Shown here piece by piece: positions 9,574-18,974 of a stretch of DNA of 45,975 bases. The stretch lies in the NCBI GenBank assembly GCA_018666195.1, contig JABJAG010000221.1:1-45975 (forward strand). Reading direction: 5' to 3'. The translations under genes and the position numbers were made by a program. The notes under the pieces are model-generated. The model saw only the letters and a list, made by a program, of their open reading frames with translations, was not told the DNA's origin and did not search any database. The number at the start of each line of letters is the position of its first letter. The first letter of the stretch is position 1. Source of the DNA: Alphaproteobacteria bacterium. Lineage in GTDB: Bacteria > Pseudomonadota > Alphaproteobacteria > UBA6615.

Positions 9574-10659
9574 ATGGATTACGGCATTTTCAACCTGATG
9601 AACCGACGTCACCCGTCCCAGACGGTGTCCGAGGTCATCACGCAGACTGTTGAACAAGTACAGGCTGCAGAAACCGCCGGATTCGGTATTTCGTGGTTCA
9701 CCGAGCATCACTTTTCGAATTACTCGCTGTCGCCATCGCCATTGATGATGATCGGCCATGTGGCGCCCCAAACGGTGCGCATCCGTCTGGGATCCGCCGT
9801 CGTATTGCCCGCGCTATATCAGCCCGCCCGCCTGATGGGAGAAATCTCGTTTGCTGATTGCCTCGCCGAAGGACGCCTCGTGCTGGGCCTGGGCGCCGGC
9901 TATCAGGCTTATGAACTGGCCCGGTTTGGCGTCGAACTGTCAGAAGCCAGTGAAATCACCAATGAGTGGATCGACTTCCTCTCGAAAGGCCTGGGACAGG
10001 AATCCTTCGAATATCACGGCAAACATATCGACCTGCCTCAGACCTGGTTCACAGCACGGCCCGCGCAGGAGCCACGACCGGAAATCTGGATTGCTGGCAA
10101 CAGCCCCGGCTCCCAACAGCGCGCCGTGAAGGGCAATCATCCACTTTTCGTGTCCGGCTTCGGTCGGGACATCGAAACTCTCGCAGAAATAAGATCCGAG
10201 GCCGAGAACACCTGGCAGGCTGCCGGAAAGAGCCCGGACGATCTGCAATTCGGCACCCTGCGCTACTGCTTCGTCACCGACGACAAAGCCGAAGCTCTCG
10301 CCTTCGCCGAAAACGCGCGGTATCAGGTGCGACTGTCACGGTATCTGCGACGTGGCCAGACCGAGCTCAACGCGCCCTGGCTTCCCGAAGAGCCCTTCGA
10401 AGATGAGATGTCACCAGAAGACATTCTGGCGTGGAACCCGATCGGTGATGCGGAGACCGTCGCTGAAAAGCTGGTCGAGGAAATCGAACAGGTGCGCCCG
10501 GTCCACACCGCCCTCTACATGACCATGGGAGACACCTCGCATGATGCGGCGATGCGATCCATCGAGGCCTTTGGCGACAAGGTTGTCCCGCTGATCGAGA
10601 AAAGCGTTGGCCCGCTGGTGACTGCCGGAACCCCGCTACCGGCCTACGCGGCCCAGTAA
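9574..10659 (+). CDS. LLM-class (luciferase-like) flavin-dependent oxidoreductase
   Basis: 361 aa. N-terminus MDYGIFNLMN...AETAGFGISWFTEHHFSNY...RLGSAVVLPALYQP...LGLGAGY is typical of the bacterial luciferase-like monooxygenase fold. GGGAGA Shine-Dalgarno sequence upstream. Confidence 0.85.
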   Translation: MDYGIFNLMNRRHPSQTVSEVITQTVEQVQAAETAGFGISWFTEHHFSNYSLSPSPLMMIGHVAPQTVRIRLGSAVVLPALYQPARLMGEISFADCLAEGRLVLGLGAGYQAYELARFGVELSEASEITNEWIDFLSKGLGQESFEYHGKHIDLPQTWFTARPAQEPRPEIWIAGNSPGSQQRAVKGNHPLFVSGFGRDIETLAEIRSEAENTWQAAGKSPDDLQFGTLRYCFVTDDKAEALAFAENARYQVRLSRYLRRGQTELNAPWLPEEPFEDEMSPEDILAWNPIGDAETVAEKLVEEIEQVRPVHTALYMTMGDTSHDAAMRSIEAFGDKVVPLIEKSVGPLVTAGTPLPAYAAQ

Positions 10660-10666
10660 CCGCACC

Positions 10667-11470
10667 ATGCAGGTCACGGCCAACGGGATCGACTTTGTCT
10701 GCCAGATCGATGGTCCGGAGGGAGCACCCTGGCTGACCTTTTCAAATTCGCTCAACACCAATGTCTCGCTTTGGGACGAACAGGTCGCACTCCTGTCCGA
10801 CCGCTACCGCATCCTGCGCTACAACACCCGCGGCCACGACGGGACCGGCGCACCGCCGGGACCATGGGATCTGGAAGACCTCGCATCCGACATCGTCGCG
10901 CTGTGGGATGAACTGCACATCGCCACAAGCCACTTTGTCGGCCTGTCAATTGGCGGGATGACCGGGCAGGCCCTCGCGCTCGGCTGGCCAGAGCGGATCA
11001 ACGCCTTTGTTCTCGCCGACACACGAGCGGATTTTACCGGCGAGTTTGCGGCCACCGTCCCGGGAATGATCGAGAGCGTGGCCCGAGACGGCCTGGACTC
11101 ACTGGTCGAGGTGATGCCCCTGCGCTGGTTTACCGACAATGTGCGGGCTGCGCAGCCTGATCTCGTCGAACGCGCGCGACGGTTGATCGCCTCCAACACC
11201 GCCGATGGCTATATCGCCTGCGCGGGAGCCATGACCCGACTCAACTACATAGAACGCCTGCACGAGATAAATCTGCACACCCTGCTGATCTGTGGCGCAC
11301 AGGACCTGGGCACACCACCCGCCGGGATGCGCGAAATGGCAGCGCGAATTCCCAACGCCACTTATGTGGAAATTGACCCGGCCGGACATCTCTCGAATAT
11401 CGAGAACCCGGCAGCGTTCAACGCCGCGCTCTTTCCATTCCTCGATTCCTTTGATCGGGCGACCACGTGA
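10667..11470 (+). CDS. alpha/beta hydrolase, 3-oxoadipate enol-lactonase-like
   Basis: 267 aa. Nucleophile elbow GLSIGG and C-terminal His context (PAGHLSNIENP). Overall layout resembles PcaD-type lactonases. Confidence 0.8.
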   Translation: MQVTANGIDFVCQIDGPEGAPWLTFSNSLNTNVSLWDEQVALLSDRYRILRYNTRGHDGTGAPPGPWDLEDLASDIVALWDELHIATSHFVGLSIGGMTGQALALGWPERINAFVLADTRADFTGEFAATVPGMIESVARDGLDSLVEVMPLRWFTDNVRAAQPDLVERARRLIASNTADGYIACAGAMTRLNYIERLHEINLHTLLICGAQDLGTPPAGMREMAARIPNATYVEIDPAGHLSNIENPAAFNAALFPFLDSFDRATT

Positions 11471-12471
11471 ACGCACTTGCCGTCAAACCCCGGCCTGTCC
11501 TGCAGCCACCCGCACTCGTGGCGCATGCCGACTGGTCCATCGACCCACGAAAACGATCCATGGCACGCGCCGTGCGCATGGCCAACGGAAACTATCTCGC
11601 CCTTGCGCCAGAACCCGTCAGCAACCTCGATGATCTGTTCGCACGCCTGAAAGCTGCTTCCGGCGTGGGCGAAACCGCATTTGTCGGCTTTGACTTTCCG
11701 CTCGGCGTTCCACTGGCCTACGCCAAATCCGCGCGCCTTGATCGTTTCATGACAGCGTTACCCAAATTTGGACGGGGTGCGTGGAAACACTTCTATGACC
11801 CGGCCAATAGCGAAGATGAGATTTCACCCAAGCGCCCTTTCTATCCAAACCGGCCGGGCGGAACCCGACGCCAACAGCTGATCGACGCCCTGAAGCTGTC
11901 CGGCGCAAACGAGCTATTCCGGCAGTGTGATCATCCAACCGATTTGCGCTCCGCAGCCAACCCGATGTTTTGGACGATGGGTGCACAACAGGTCGGCAAA
12001 GCCGCGATTTCCGGCTGGCGCGACCTGATCGCACCGGCGTTGCGTCAGGATCAGACCCTTCATATCTGGCCGTTCGATGGCCGGCTCACAGAATTGCTGA
12101 CCCGGCCCGGAATCACGGTTGCCGAGACCTATCCGGGTGAGGTCTATGGCCACCTCAAACTGCAGATCGCAGCATCCAACAAATCCAAACTCAATATGGA
12201 TCATCGACGCGAAGATGCTTCGCGGCTTCTCGGCTGGGCAAACGAAAACAACGTGCAACTCTCTGCTGCACTGGCCAGTGATATCCGGGACGGGTTCGGA
12301 GACAGCTCAGATGGCGAGGACCGTTTCGATGCCACCGTTGGATTGTTCGGCATGCTCAATGTGATCTTCGGGCATCGAACATCCGGGGAACCTGCTACGC
12401 CCGTGGTCCGTCAGATCGAAGGCTGGATTCTGGGCCTGGACGCAAAGACCCTTAAGAGCCCTGCCCGCTAG
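11467..12471 (+). CDS. hypothetical protein, possibly DUF429 / RNase-H-fold family
   Basis: 334 aa with a GTG start overlapping the upstream stop (GTGA). Segments VGFDFPLGVP, FRQCD, ETYPGEVY and DRFDATVGLFGM resemble the DUF429 pattern. Recognition is weak. Confidence 0.5.
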   Translation: MNALAVKPRPVLQPPALVAHADWSIDPRKRSMARAVRMANGNYLALAPEPVSNLDDLFARLKAASGVGETAFVGFDFPLGVPLAYAKSARLDRFMTALPKFGRGAWKHFYDPANSEDEISPKRPFYPNRPGGTRRQQLIDALKLSGANELFRQCDHPTDLRSAANPMFWTMGAQQVGKAAISGWRDLIAPALRQDQTLHIWPFDGRLTELLTRPGITVAETYPGEVYGHLKLQIAASNKSKLNMDHRREDASRLLGWANENNVQLSAALASDIRDGFGDSSDGEDRFDATVGLFGMLNVIFGHRTSGEPATPVVRQIEGWILGLDAKTLKSPAR

Positions 12472-12518
12472 CGCCGTCCAATCGTGGGCACGAAACAAGA
12501 TGAAACGAGGAGAGAGTT

Positions 12519-13280
12519 ATGGATGTGAACGGCAAGTCAGCGATCATCACCGGCGGCGGTTCCGGCATCGGTGCAGAAGTTGCACGCCATTGTGCAAAGG
12601 CAGGCATGAAGGTTGCGCTGCTTGATGTAAACATGGACGGCGCAAACGCCGTCGCTGACGAGATCGGCGGCACTGCTGTGGAATGCGATGTCACAAGTTC
12701 TGACAGCGCCGAAACGGCCATCGCCGCAGCGCGCGCCGCCAACGGCGTCTCCAGTCTTCTTGTCAATTGTGCGGGCATCGCAACACCGGGACGTATCGTC
12801 GGACGCAATGGCCCGCTACCTCTGGAAGCTTTCGCCGCGGTCATTCAGGTCAATCTGATCGGTTCTTTCAACATGATCCGCTTGTTCGGTTCTGACCTCT
12901 ATGGCACCGACCCGATGGAGGACGGCGAACGCGGCCTGATCATCAACACGGCCTCCGTCGCGGCCACCGAGGGCCAGATTGGACAAGCAGCCTATGCGTC
13001 TTCCAAGGGCGGTATCGTTTCACTCACCCTGGTTGCCGCGCGTGAGTTCGCGTCACAGGGCATCCGGGTGAACACCATCGCGCCGGGCCTGATCGATACC
13101 CCGATGATGGCAGGACTGCCTGATGAAGCCCGCGCCAGTCTGGGTGAGCAGCCAGAGTTCCCCAAGCGTCTCGGTCGTCCAGATGAATACGCCAAACTGG
13201 TTATGCATATGTGTGACAATGTGCTGATCAATGGCACGGTGATGCGTCTCGACGGCGCGTTGCGCATGGGAGCCCGATAA
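12519..13280 (+). CDS. SDR family oxidoreductase (type II 3-hydroxyacyl-CoA dehydrogenase-like)
   Basis: 253 aa. Cofactor motif TGGGSGIG, NCAGI, catalytic YASSK and PGLIDTPM. Confidence 0.85.
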   Translation: MDVNGKSAIITGGGSGIGAEVARHCAKAGMKVALLDVNMDGANAVADEIGGTAVECDVTSSDSAETAIAAARAANGVSSLLVNCAGIATPGRIVGRNGPLPLEAFAAVIQVNLIGSFNMIRLFGSDLYGTDPMEDGERGLIINTASVAATEGQIGQAAYASSKGGIVSLTLVAAREFASQGIRVNTIAPGLIDTPMMAGLPDEARASLGEQPEFPKRLGRPDEYAKLVMHMCDNVLINGTVMRLDGALRMGAR

Positions 13281-14348
13281 ATGGCACAGGACCCCCGCGT
13301 TGTTGCTGCTCTCAGCCACTGGGCTCCTCGATTTGTTGCCAACGGTATTTCGCTTACGGATTTTGAGGAGGTCACCGCCTCCATCAACACCTGGGAAGAA
13401 TGGTGCGCGGCCTGGTCGGCACGCGCAGCCCTCCATGAAGAGATGGGCCGCCAGGCACTCACCGATGGTCACAACCTAAGCGCGGGTGAGCACCTCACCA
13501 CCGCGGGTGTCTGCTACCACTTCGCAAAATTCCTGTTCGTGAACAATCCCGAAGAAATGCAGGTAGCACACATGAAAGCCGTTGCCTGCCGCCGCGATGC
13601 CTTACCCCATCTTCGTCCGGCGGGCGAACGCGTGGAAATGCCATATGAGGGGAACACACTGGCCGGAATCCTGCGACGACCAACCGACGCCAACACACCA
13701 CCCATCGTTGTCATGGCGATGGGCCTGGATTCGTCCAAAGAGGAAATGGATTCCTACGAGTCCCTGTTTCTCAATCGAGGTCTTGCGACCCTGACCTTCG
13801 ACGGGCCCGGACAAGGCGAAGGCGAATACGAGTTTGCCATCCGTCACGATTATGAGATCCCGGTGGGGGCCGTGTTCGACTGGCTGGAAGGGCGTACAGA
13901 TATAGACCCTGACCGCGCAGGGCTTTGGGGTGTCAGCCTTGGCGGGTACTACGCCGCGCGCGCCGCCGCCTTCGAGAAACGTGTGAAAGCCTGTATCACC
14001 CTGTCCGGTCCCTATAATTGGGGTGCCGCCTGGGAGAACCTGCCAGAACTGACCCGGGCAGCCTTCCATGCCCGTTCCCGTGCAGCGAGCGAAGCCGAAG
14101 CCTTCGAGAACGCGACGAAGCTTTCACTTGAAGGCGTGGCGCAGAACATCACCTGTCCGCTGTTTGTGCTGGCGGGCAAGCTCGACCGGATCGTGCCTTA
14201 TACCGATGCCGAACGTTTGGCATCCGAAACATCCGGGCCAGTGGAGCTGCTGGTGGTCGAGGATGGCAATCACATCGCCAACAATCGCCCTTACCGCTAT
14301 CGCGCCCAGTCGGCAGATTGGATGGCGGCACAGCTCGGCGCGGGATGA
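13281..14348 (+). CDS. alpha/beta hydrolase (FrsA / dihydropseudooxynicotine-hydrolase-like)
   Basis: 355 aa. Nucleophile elbow GVSLGGYYA with a helical N-terminal cap region. Starts directly after the SDR stop. Confidence 0.8.
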   Translation: MAQDPRVVAALSHWAPRFVANGISLTDFEEVTASINTWEEWCAAWSARAALHEEMGRQALTDGHNLSAGEHLTTAGVCYHFAKFLFVNNPEEMQVAHMKAVACRRDALPHLRPAGERVEMPYEGNTLAGILRRPTDANTPPIVVMAMGLDSSKEEMDSYESLFLNRGLATLTFDGPGQGEGEYEFAIRHDYEIPVGAVFDWLEGRTDIDPDRAGLWGVSLGGYYAARAAAFEKRVKACITLSGPYNWGAAWENLPELTRAAFHARSRAASEAEAFENATKLSLEGVAQNITCPLFVLAGKLDRIVPYTDAERLASETSGPVELLVVEDGNHIANNRPYRYRAQSADWMAAQLGAG

Positions 14349-14361
14349 CTCTCGGGGTGAG

Positions 14362-14649
14362 CTAGGTCAGCCTATCCATGAACGCGGCGAGTTCCATGTC
14401 GAGCGCTGTCAGGCCACCCGCATCGTGGGTGGACAGCTTGACATCAACCTTGTTCCAGACATTGAACCATTCCGGGTGATGATCCATCGCCTCGGCTTTC
14501 AGCGCAACCCGGCTCATAAATCCGAAGGCAGCGTTGAAATCGGGAAAGACAAATGTCTTCGCGATCGCGTCACGGCCCTCCACAAGGCCCCAGCCATCAA
14601 GCTGTGAAATCGCGGAATCGCGTGCGGAATTGTCGAGTTTTTCAGCCAT
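14362..14649 (-). CDS. 4a-hydroxytetrahydrobiopterin (pterin-4a-carbinolamine) dehydratase
   Basis: 95 aa. Characteristic [25 protein letters not shown] motif. Confidence 0.9.
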   Translation of the reverse strand: MAEKLDNSARDSAISQLDGWGLVEGRDAIAKTFVFPDFNAAFGFMSRVALKAEAMDHHPEWFNVWNKVDVKLSTHDAGGLTALDMELAAFMDRLT

Positions 14650-14734
14650 CGCGGTCTCCTGACGGTCAAATTTTGTTCCCCAGCAGGGTGATCCTGCTTG
14701 GCGTAGCGATCAAGCACCCCTATATGATGGCGCT

Positions 14735-15142
14735 ATGGCTGCCACTGCAATGTACCAAACCGCCCCAACCCTGACCGAGATCGAAGCGATCGCGGGCGAG
14801 GCCTTTGCGACGATCCCGCGCAGTCTGTCTGCGCATGTGGACAATGTGGCGATTCACGTCAGTGATTTTCCCGACGACGAGACCATGGAAGCAATGGATC
14901 TCGAAAGCCCCTTCGACATCCTCGGCCTGTATGTGGGAATCAGCCTCGATCAGAAATCCATCTGTGACTCCCCCCAGGACATCGACCGGATTTACCTGTA
15001 TCGCCGCCCGATGCTCGACTACTGGGTCGAATCCGGCGAGAGCCTCTTTGGCCTGGTCCGACACGTACTGATCCATGAAATCGGACACCACTTCGGCCTG
15101 TCTGATGACGATATGGACCGCATCGAGGCGAGCGCGAGTTAG
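14735..15142 (+). CDS. metallopeptidase-family (zincin-like, DUF1025-type) protein
   Basis: 135 aa. HEIGHHFGLSDDDM zinc-binding HExxH motif near the C-terminus. Confidence 0.8.
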   Translation: MAATAMYQTAPTLTEIEAIAGEAFATIPRSLSAHVDNVAIHVSDFPDDETMEAMDLESPFDILGLYVGISLDQKSICDSPQDIDRIYLYRRPMLDYWVESGESLFGLVRHVLIHEIGHHFGLSDDDMDRIEASAS

Positions 15143-15738
15143 CCCAGTACCTCGCGAACTTTCGCACCCAGAGCCGGCAAGACCTCATTCGTGAACCACG
15201 GGTTCTTGCGTTCCCATGCATTGGTCCGCCAACTCGGGTGAGGCAGCGGCAGCGCGTCCGGCACATACGCACGCCAGTCGGCGACGGCTGCGGTCATCGT
15301 CTTGTAGCCCGGCAGATAATGGTGAATCGCATGGCTACCGACAAAGAGCGTCAACGCCACCTTCGGCAGGACAGCCCGAATCCGGTCATGCCACAGGGGG
15401 GCACATTCCGGGCGCGGCGGCGCATCGCCACCACTGTTCAGACGCCCGGGGTAGCAGAACCCCATGGGCAACAGCGCCAGACTGTCCGGGTCATAAAAGG
15501 TGTCGCGGTCCACCCCGAGCCAATCGCGCAAGCGATCGCCGGAGGGATCATTGAAGGACAGATCGCTGTTATGTGCTTTCGTACCCGGCGCCTGACTGAT
15601 GATCAGAATCCGCGCACCCGCACCCGCGCGCACCAGAGGCAGCGGACCCAGCGGAAGATGGGCGGCGCAAACCGCACAGGCGCGCGCTTCGCGCAGGACC
15701 TGCTCCAGATTTTCGTCAACACTGCCAGGCGCCATCAC
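15139..15738 (-). CDS. uracil-DNA glycosylase superfamily protein
   Basis: 199 aa. Motif-A-like ILIISQAPG and motif-B-like LPLPHPSWRT. A CAVC pair lies near the N-terminus. Confidence 0.75.
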   Translation of the reverse strand: MMAPGSVDENLEQVLREARACAVCAAHLPLGPLPLVRAGAGARILIISQAPGTKAHNSDLSFNDPSGDRLRDWLGVDRDTFYDPDSLALLPMGFCYPGRLNSGGDAPPRPECAPLWHDRIRAVLPKVALTLFVGSHAIHHYLPGYKTMTAAVADWRAYVPDALPLPHPSWRTNAWERKNPWFTNEVLPALGAKVREVLG

Positions 15739-15745
15739 AGGGCGC

Positions 15746-16483
15746 TCACTCGGTTGCCAGTACTTTCAGCTCTTCGACAAAACCAGTGACAATTTCGGTT
15801 GCGGGCCCGTAGCGCCCCTCATGGAATGAGTTCGCCCCGAGGGATTCTTCAAGATTGAGCTCCACGGTCATCGCACCATGGGCGCGGGCCTCCTGAACAA
15901 ACCCGGCTGCCGGGTAGACATTGCCGGATGTCCCTATGGACATGAACAGGCCGCAATCGGCCAACGCGGACAGGATCGTGTCCATCTGCAAGGGCATTTC
16001 CCCGAACCAGACCACATGTGGACGCAAGGTTCCGGTCGCCTGACAGTTCGGGCAGGTCATGTCGGATGTCAGATCACCCAATCCGTCGATGAGTTGCCCG
16101 CAATCGTTGCAGCGGGTCTTCGCCAACTCACCATGCATATGGATCAGGTTTTTCGACCCACCGCGCGCGTGGAGATCATCGATGTTCTGTGTCACGACCA
16201 GCACCCCGCCGGGCCAGAACCCTTCGAGCGCCCCGAGCGCGTGGTGGGCCGCATTGGGATGCAGATCAGAATCGTTCATCTGAGCCCGCCGCACATTGTA
16301 AAACCCGAGCACGGCGTCGGGGTTTTGCGCGAAGGCCTGCGGTGTCGCCACATCCTCGATCTTGTGCCTGGCCCAGATACCATCCGGGTCCCGGAAGGTC
16401 GCCAGCCCCGATTCCTTGGAGATGCCGGCCCCGGTCAGGATCACGATCGGATCGGATGAATTGATTTGATCGAGAATGTTCAT
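15746..16483 (-). CDS. cobB: NAD-dependent protein deacylase (Sir2/CobB)
   Basis: ORF trimmed to MNILDQINSSDPIVILTGAGISKESGLATFRD. Has QNIDDLH, HG catalytic His, zinc-ribbon CNDC...CPNC and GTSGNVYPAA. Confidence 0.85.
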   Translation of the reverse strand: MNILDQINSSDPIVILTGAGISKESGLATFRDPDGIWARHKIEDVATPQAFAQNPDAVLGFYNVRRAQMNDSDLHPNAAHHALGALEGFWPGGVLVVTQNIDDLHARGGSKNLIHMHGELAKTRCNDCGQLIDGLGDLTSDMTCPNCQATGTLRPHVVWFGEMPLQMDTILSALADCGLFMSIGTSGNVYPAAGFVQEARAHGAMTVELNLEESLGANSFHEGRYGPATEIVTGFVEELKVLATE

Positions 16484-16546
16484 GCAGTCGGTATCCAGTG
16501 AAACAACGGGCCAGGACGGCAACCTAACGAGGACCCCGAAATCGAA

Positions 16547-17107
16547 TCAATCCTGATCGGCCGAGACATAGGACCCAAGCGGATAAGTGACCTCGGGAAT
16601 ATAGCTCGACCCCGAGCGCCCCAGATTTGAGGAATAAAGCACAAAGGAGCCCACCTGAAAGGGCGGCGCCTGAAACCCGGCATGCTCAGCAACAAACGGG
16701 GCAACCCGGGCCGGACTGGTGTCCCGACAACGGGCCAGAGTGACATGAGGGTGAAAGCGACGGGATTCCGGTGCCAAACCGGCGCGCTGACACACGGTCT
16801 CGATCCGGGCCTGAAATCTGGCCAACGCTTCGTTCCGCGTAACGCCGGCCCACAAGGCACGGACCTGACCACGGGATTCAAAATGCCCAACACCTGACAC
16901 CTGAATTTCGAATGGATCATCAGCAACACGCCCAAGCGCGTCGTGCACATCTTCGGCCACATCTTCGTTGACCTCGCCAATGTACCGCAATGTCAGGTGC
17001 ATACTCTCCGCCGGTATCCAGCGCGCGCCAGGCACTTGTCCGCGCAAGCCGGTCAGGCGCACCCGCAACTCTGCAGGCAGATCGAACGCGACAAAAAGCC
17101 GGATCAA
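16547..17107 (-). CDS. thpR: RNA 2',3'-cyclic phosphodiesterase (2H phosphoesterase, ThpR/LigT)
   Basis: 186 aa. Two HxT motifs (HLTLRY and HVTLAR). Start overlaps the FIST gene stop by 4 nt. Confidence 0.85.
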   Translation of the reverse strand: MIRLFVAFDLPAELRVRLTGLRGQVPGARWIPAESMHLTLRYIGEVNEDVAEDVHDALGRVADDPFEIQVSGVGHFESRGQVRALWAGVTRNEALARFQARIETVCQRAGLAPESRRFHPHVTLARCRDTSPARVAPFVAEHAGFQAPPFQVGSFVLYSSNLGRSGSSYIPEVTYPLGSYVSADQD

Positions 17108-18231
17108 CCCTGGACCTCCTCCGGCTCAGGGAACACGGTCAGCACACCGGTATAGGTGTAGAGACGGTCGTGCGAAATCTCGCCATTCCCAAAAAACCCC
17201 ACCACCGGGACATCACCAAACACTTCGGCGATCATCGAGAGTTCCTGAGATCCCGGCCCGAACTGATGCGGACCACGTGCCACACAACTGTGATAGACGG
17301 CGCCACGCAGATTGGTGCCCGCGCGGCGCTTCAGATCGGCCAGCATCCGCTGCATATCCTCAACCGCGCTCGCAGCGTCACGACGCACAAACATCAGCCT
17401 GTCGCCCACGCGCAATTCCTCTGCGACTGCGATCCAGCCCTGTTCGACGTCAAAGCCGACAAGGTTGCGCACCAGATAGTCCGCCGTGTCCGACCCCGAG
17501 ACCGGGATTGCGGCGTGGACATAGCCCGCCAGGCGTCGCAAATCCCGCGCGAGCAGTTCTCCTACGTCCTCCTTGAGGACGTCGAGCGCATTCCGGCCAT
17601 CGAGACCCGAGACAATGCCCTCTTCCATGGATGAGATAGTGTGAACAGTCCCAATGGGCGAGCAGCCCTGGGTCAGAGCTGTCGCAACAGGCACGTCATC
17701 GGTGAATAGAATGCCCGCCAGGCCTGAGGGGGCATCTGCAGCACCCAGGAGCGGGGTCGCCGCAGCACCTGAAGTCAGCGCCCCCACAAGATACGCGCCC
17801 GTCGATTTGGCCAGTTCCGGCATGGCATCCAGCACAGCACTTTGCCGCGGATCAGCATGCACAATCGCAAGCTGGGCATTGCTTGCCACCTGCAGATCAG
17901 TTGATTCAGGTTCACCGGGAAATGCCGCCGCGGCTGTGTCAGGCACATCAAGCACCATCAACGCCATCGCCGGTGTGTCAAAATATTCAACACCTGTCGC
18001 ACAGATCGCCGGAGCGACCGCGCCCCGCCATGTACGCAAGCCCGTACGTTCACGTACATAACTCAGAATGTCCTCAACCTCCGCACCAAGCGGGTCGGTG
18101 ACATAAAGCAGGCCTGTTCCCCGAACCGGACCTTCAAGTTGATCAAGGCAATGTTCGGCAAGATCTCGCCAGCCCGTCCAGGCCACACCATTTTCGGTCA
18201 CACCGGCATGGGCAAATGGGAAAGTTGTCAT
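17104..18231 (-). CDS. FIST (N+C) domain sensory protein
   Basis: 375 aa soluble protein. C-terminal GFFGNGEI motif and overall layout resemble FIST_N/FIST_C proteins. Judged by eye only. Confidence 0.65.
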   Translation of the reverse strand: MTTFPFAHAGVTENGVAWTGWRDLAEHCLDQLEGPVRGTGLLYVTDPLGAEVEDILSYVRERTGLRTWRGAVAPAICATGVEYFDTPAMALMVLDVPDTAAAAFPGEPESTDLQVASNAQLAIVHADPRQSAVLDAMPELAKSTGAYLVGALTSGAAATPLLGAADAPSGLAGILFTDDVPVATALTQGCSPIGTVHTISSMEEGIVSGLDGRNALDVLKEDVGELLARDLRRLAGYVHAAIPVSGSDTADYLVRNLVGFDVEQGWIAVAEELRVGDRLMFVRRDAASAVEDMQRMLADLKRRAGTNLRGAVYHSCVARGPHQFGPGSQELSMIAEVFGDVPVVGFFGNGEISHDRLYTYTGVLTVFPEPEEVQG

Positions 18232-18250
18232 CTGTTAAACCATTCCGATC

Positions 18251-18889
18251 TTACTTTGAGGAGGACGGCCCCAAACGTCCAAGTTCTTCGAGCACATAAG
18301 GTGTGATGCGATCGACGATTCGTGCGACCCCGGCCGCATTGGGATGAATGCCGTCCGCCTGGTTCAGCTCAGCCTCTGCAGCCACACCCTCCAGAAAAAA
18401 CGGGTACAGAGCGACGTTATGCTTTTGCGCCAATCGCGCATACATCCCGTTAAAGGAATCACCGTATTCACGCCCAAGATTGGGTGGCGCGCGCATGCCC
18501 GTGAACAGAACCTTCGTGTCCCGGGTGCCGAGTTCGCGCAACATCGCATCGAGATTGGCCTCTGTCTCAGCTGGATCAATGCCGCGCAACCCATCATTGG
18601 CCCCGAGCTCAAGGATCACAAGATTGGCATCTGGCGGCATAGACCAGGCCAGCCGCGCACGACCGCCGGCCGTTGTATCTCCCGACACGCCGGCATTGAT
18701 GACCCTGGCATTGAGCCCGTGCGCGACCAGAGCGCGTTCCAACTGCAACGGAAAGGAATCCACTTCTTCAAGTCCGTAACCTGCTGACAGGCTATCGCCG
18801 AATGCAACGATGACTGTCTCGTCCGCAGCAACACCAGCAGACGATATCGCCAGAAACGCAGCGAAATCCAGAACAGCACGGCGCACCAT
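18251..18889 (-). CDS. SGNH/GDSL arylesterase (TesA-like) with signal peptide
   Basis: ORF 18251..19045 trimmed to MVRRAVLDFAAFLAISSAGVAA. Has block I FGDSLSAGYG, block III GANDG and block V DGIHPN. Confidence 0.85.
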   Translation of the reverse strand: MVRRAVLDFAAFLAISSAGVAADETVIVAFGDSLSAGYGLEEVDSFPLQLERALVAHGLNARVINAGVSGDTTAGGRARLAWSMPPDANLVILELGANDGLRGIDPAETEANLDAMLRELGTRDTKVLFTGMRAPPNLGREYGDSFNGMYARLAQKHNVALYPFFLEGVAAEAELNQADGIHPNAAGVARIVDRITPYVLEELGRLGPSSSK

Positions 18890-18974
18890 TCGAAAAATCA
18901 CACCATTGATGATCCGTATCGAACGGCCATATGTACAAGTGGTGTGTGACCTAATGCGACGGAAGTGAACCAGC

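Noticed and set aside
15746-16483. Sir2-domain protein as an NAD-depleting anti-phage effector (Thoeris/DSR-like).
   Set aside because: It has CobB size (245 aa) with the canonical zinc ribbon (CNDC...CPNC) and deacylase motifs. It has no fused or adjacent sensor, HerA, TIR or other defence-type partners.
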